Shown here: positions 15,740-15,861 of the stretch, in pieces
How the letters are laid out: the number at the start of each line of letters is the position of its first letter
How positions within the stretch are numbered: position 1 is the first letter of the stretch
Source of the DNA: Candidatus Cloacimonadota bacterium
Lineage (GTDB): Bacteria > Cloacimonadota > Cloacimonadia > Cloacimonadales > WRIO01
Direction of reading: 5' to 3'
Assembly (NCBI GenBank): GCA_029564175.1
Contig: JAKQQL010000085.1
Coordinates: forward strand, 1 to 15,861
DNA: 15,861 bases
Position numbers and translations under genes: made by a program
Notes under the pieces: generated by a model
The model's database searches: none
What the model saw: only the letters and a program-made list of their open reading frames with translations
Told to the model about the DNA's origin: nothing

Positions 15740-15861
15740 ATGAATAAAAATAAAAACTCTGGAAGTAAATTGGCTAATCCGGTGATAGAAGTTCGTAATC
15801 TGGTGGCAAAATATGGTGAAAGAACGATTTTAGACGACATTTCACTTGATATCTATCAGGG
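15740..15861 (+). CDS. mlaF: N-terminus of ABC ATP-binding protein (MlaF family), truncated by window end
   Basis: ATG 15740 gives MNKNKNSGSKLANPVIEVRNLVAKYGERTILDDISLDIYQG..., the typical pre-Walker A segment, directly after mlaE. Symbol inferred from context. Confidence 0.8.
   Translation, partial: MNKNKNSGSKLANPVIEVRNLVAKYGERTILDDISLDIYQ

Overview
AT-rich chromosomal segment of a diderm bacterium that uses Shine-Dalgarno sites and sigma70-type TTGACA promoters; the phylum cannot be fixed from sequence alone. In order: (1) the left end of a probable IS256-family element (minus strand, running off the window) that has cut the 5' part off the substrate-binding gene of a polar amino-acid ABC operon (SBP remnant, permease, ATPase, permease; 141-2829); (2) a ~1 kb non-coding region holding a candidate structured RNA (possibly 6S), an inverted GTAG-type REP pair, a small-hairpin cluster, a 49-bp tandem palindrome array and a long inverted repeat ahead of a basic 184-aa orphan; (3) an exported/outer-membrane protein and a SagB/ThcOx-type nitroreductase with an N-terminal extension; (4) a BIME-like mosaic built from the same palindrome families; (5) a Wzi-like beta-barrel (minus strand), a class A PBP and a PaaI thioesterase; (6) an MCE/Mla-type operon (mlaD, fusion lipoprotein, STAS-mlaE, start of mlaF). 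The best candidate for a new system is the 705-aa lipoprotein in that operon, which appears to fuse a PqiC-like domain, two small beta-sandwich repeats and a DUF3078-like outer-membrane barrel. All family assignments come from reading motifs by eye; no searches were run.
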